A DNA stretch of 64,000 bases from Camelus ferus (taxonomy: Eukaryota): the NCBI RefSeq assembly GCF_009834535.1, contig NC_045696.1, forward strand, positions 50,594,001 to 50,658,000, written 5' to 3'. A model generated the notes under the pieces. The model was not told where the DNA came from. It ran no database searches and saw only the letters and a program-made list of their open reading frames with translations. Shown here in pieces: positions 61,475 to 64,000 of this stretch (within the stretch, counting starts at the first letter, position 1; each line of letters starts with the position of its first letter). Position numbers and translations under genes: made by a program.

Positions 61475-62558
61475 GCTTACAACACAAAGGTTTATTTCCT
61501 GCTCATGCTACATGCCCACCATGCCTGGCAATAGGTCCATTCTGTCTTCACTCCAGCACCGAAGCTGAAGTTACAGTCCCTACCATAACATGCACCTTAT
61601 TGTCCTCAGGATCCTTCCCAAACACTGATGGTTTTTGCAAAACCGGGTGCAACTTCTGTGCTTTCTTTGGCAAAAATAAGCCATACTACCTGCCCAGAAT
61701 CACCAGCTTGCTCCTGTCTCCCTGTTTTCTTTTTATCATGAAGTTTGTGAACACACTTGTGTGTGTGCACGTACGCACACAAGTCGTAATAATGGTGTCG
61801 ACGACTGTTTAATGACCTAGAAGGATACTTACATGAAACAGTATGTTCAGTATAATTGTGTGTTCTAAGTATAGGTAATTATGCATAGCTATAGCTCCCA
61901 AAGTGGTGGCAATATAGGTGACTTTTATTTTCATCCTTATTATGTGTATTTTCGCATTTAAAATTTATTTTTAAAAATCCTTACGTCCCATCGACCTGGA
62001 TGTAATGTCAGAAAGTTACAGCCTCAACCTCAGCACTTGCATCTGACAGCTCTCCACGGGACGAGGCCTTGTCAGTCCCTCCAGCAAATCCACTTTTAAA
62101 TAGAGCACTTGTGTGAGGTAAACACTCACAGACTGATGTGACCCACTGACCAGCCTCCTTTTGTTAGGTGCCTGCACGTGGTGTAGAACCATTCACACAC
62201 AAGATCACAGGATTGGGAGTGATTTCGGAAGTGATCTTGCCTGACTGCCTGCTGGGAGCACAGCTCTCCTTCCCGCGTGTCCGAGTGGGGCTTCTCTGGT
62301 CTCTGCTTAGTCATGTCCCGGGATGGGGCCTGCAGGGTAGGGAGGCCATACACTGTGGGATAGTGGCCTTAGTTAAGAAGGGTCACTTTATAGAGAGGAG
62401 GGAACTATCCCCACAGGACCCACACCCTCAGATCTTAGTGCCCCTTTTAGGGCTAAGAGCTCATCTCATGGGAAATAAAAGGGGACATGAGATGAATTGA
62501 CATGTTCTGTTGTTTTGACTTAAGAATCTCTTTTAGTTCCTCCAAGTTCCTCTCTCCC

Positions 62559-62730
62559 TTTTATTTATTTATTTATTTTTTGGTTGAATTTACTTATTTA
62601 TTTCCTTTTTGTTTGTTTGTTGGGGGCTAAGGTAATTAAGTTTATTATTTTTAGTGGAGGCACTGGGGATTGAACCCAGAACCCTGTGCATGCTAAGCAC
62701 GCACTCTACCACTGAGCTATACCCACCCCC
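62559..62730 (-). mobile_element. tRNA-derived SINE (camelid Vic-1 type)
   Basis: Reverse complement of the same tRNA-like head (62655-62730), with a T-rich tail to the left. Confidence 0.9.
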
Positions 62731-63104
62731 TGTCCTTGCTCTCCATTTCTTTCTTTTTAGGTCTGAGGTTTCTTTCACTCCCAGGTGAAACATCATAAAG
62801 TTATTTCTCCCCACTTCATTCTGGCCACCTTCTTTGGCAGTCATCCCTGCTCTTTTATTTCCTGCCCTCTAGGTAGCTGGCTTTCTTTGATTTTTCTCCT
62901 CTTTTTCCATCACCCTTTTCCTTCCCTCATTAGAACTTCTTATTCTCACTTTCCCTTTCAGGGTCACGTTAAAACAGAGACATTAGAATAACACCCTTCC
63001 AAATGCGAATCACAATAAAAGCAGTACCTAACTATGAAACAAGTTGATGGAAGAACACATTGGTGGTTTTTTCAGATTTTTACAAAGATGATTATTTCAA
63101 TACT

Positions 63105-63602
63105 TTTTTTTTTGCATTTTTAGTTGTAAAATTCACACAACACAAAATTAGCCATTTTAAAGTGTGCAGTTCAGTGTCACTTAGTACATTCGCAATGTTG
63201 TGCAACCCTCACCACCATCTAGTTCCAGAACTTTTGCATCACCCCAAATGGAAACTCCATGCCCGTTAAATAGTCATTCCCCATTTCCGCCTCCCCCCAC
63301 CCCAGCAACAACTAAACCATTCTGTCACTATGGATTGGCCGTTTCTAGCTGTTTCGTATAAAGGAAGTCATACAATATGTGGCCTTTTGTGTCTGGCTGC
63401 ATTAACTTTGCATAATGTTTTCAAAGTTCAGCATTGTTGTAGCATGCATTAGTACTTCATTTCTTTTTATAGTTGGATAATATTCCATTATATGAATATA
63501 CCACATTTTGTTTATCTTTTCATCAGTTGATGGATAATTGGGTGGTTTCCACCTTTCAGCTATTGTGAATAGCACTGCTGCGGACCTTTTGTGTGTGAAC
63601 AC
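63105..63602 (-). mobile_element. L1MB-like 3' end
   Basis: aaaattcacacaacacaaaattagccattttaaagtgtgcagttcagtg...ggtggtttccacctttcagctattgtgaatagcactgct. ORF 63402-63602 (LFTIAERWKPPNYPSTDEKINKMWYIHIMEYY) is the L1 ORF2 tail. Confidence 0.9.
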
Positions 63603-64000
63603 AACTGCTTTTTTTGAAGTATTAATTTTTTACTCCAAAACACAGGCTTGTTTATTTGTTTCTTGCTGCGGGCAGGGGTGGGTGTGGCACTGCTGTGCTG
63701 GGGCCCAAAGCAGGGTTCAGCCTGTCTGCCACTCGTCTCCATCAGTGCCCTGTTCCTGTGCCCTTGATGATCTGCCCCCCTCCCCCCCGCCCCCCTGTTT
63801 CCCTCACTCCGTTGTCCCCACACACACTTTCATGTATGTGATGTGGGTTCTCCCCAACTCAGACAATGTGGAATTCCTATTGGCAAGTGGATTTCCTCCT
63901 CTTATGGAGGTGTTTTTGTTTTAAAATAAGTACAATGAGCATGTCCAATTCAGAAAGGCCTGAGGCCCCAGTTCTCAGCTTCCCCTAACCAGGCCCCTTT

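Noticed and set aside
1..64000. Excess of minus-strand L1/ERV sequence as proof that the window is an intron of a plus-strand gene
   Set aside because: About 8 minus versus 4 plus L1 fragments is too few to be significant, and exon-like signals occur on both strands.

Overview
Mammalian (eutherian) non-coding DNA, most likely camelid (Camelus/Vicugna/Lama): three tRNA-derived SINEs match the Vic-1 type, and I see no Alu, B1/B2, Bov-A/tA or PRE-1. I can support no intact cellular protein-coding gene, RNA gene, known miRNA or CRISPR array. Almost all ORFs in the track are chance or repeat-derived. The main structure is an old, degraded ~6.1 kb class I (gamma/epsilon-like) endogenous retrovirus on the minus strand (26360-32497). 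It has two LTRs, a tRNA-Ile-like PBS, gag-pro-pol remnants, a PPT and a 4-bp TSD. It has no env, the RT YxDD aspartates are deleted, and most of RNase H is missing. It sits in a ~15 kb nested L1/MaLR cluster. A younger 487-bp solo LTR with a perfect TSD (55414-55900) carries phased CCAAT boxes, an octamer, TATA and polyA signals. The rest is ancient MIR/L2/L3/L1M/MLT1/DNA-transposon remnants, microsatellites, and unique segments with enhancer-like motif clusters and possible lncRNA exons. I found no convincing evidence of a new biological system; the findings are hypotheses. Repeat subfamily names and most boundaries come from recall of consensus sequences and are approximate.
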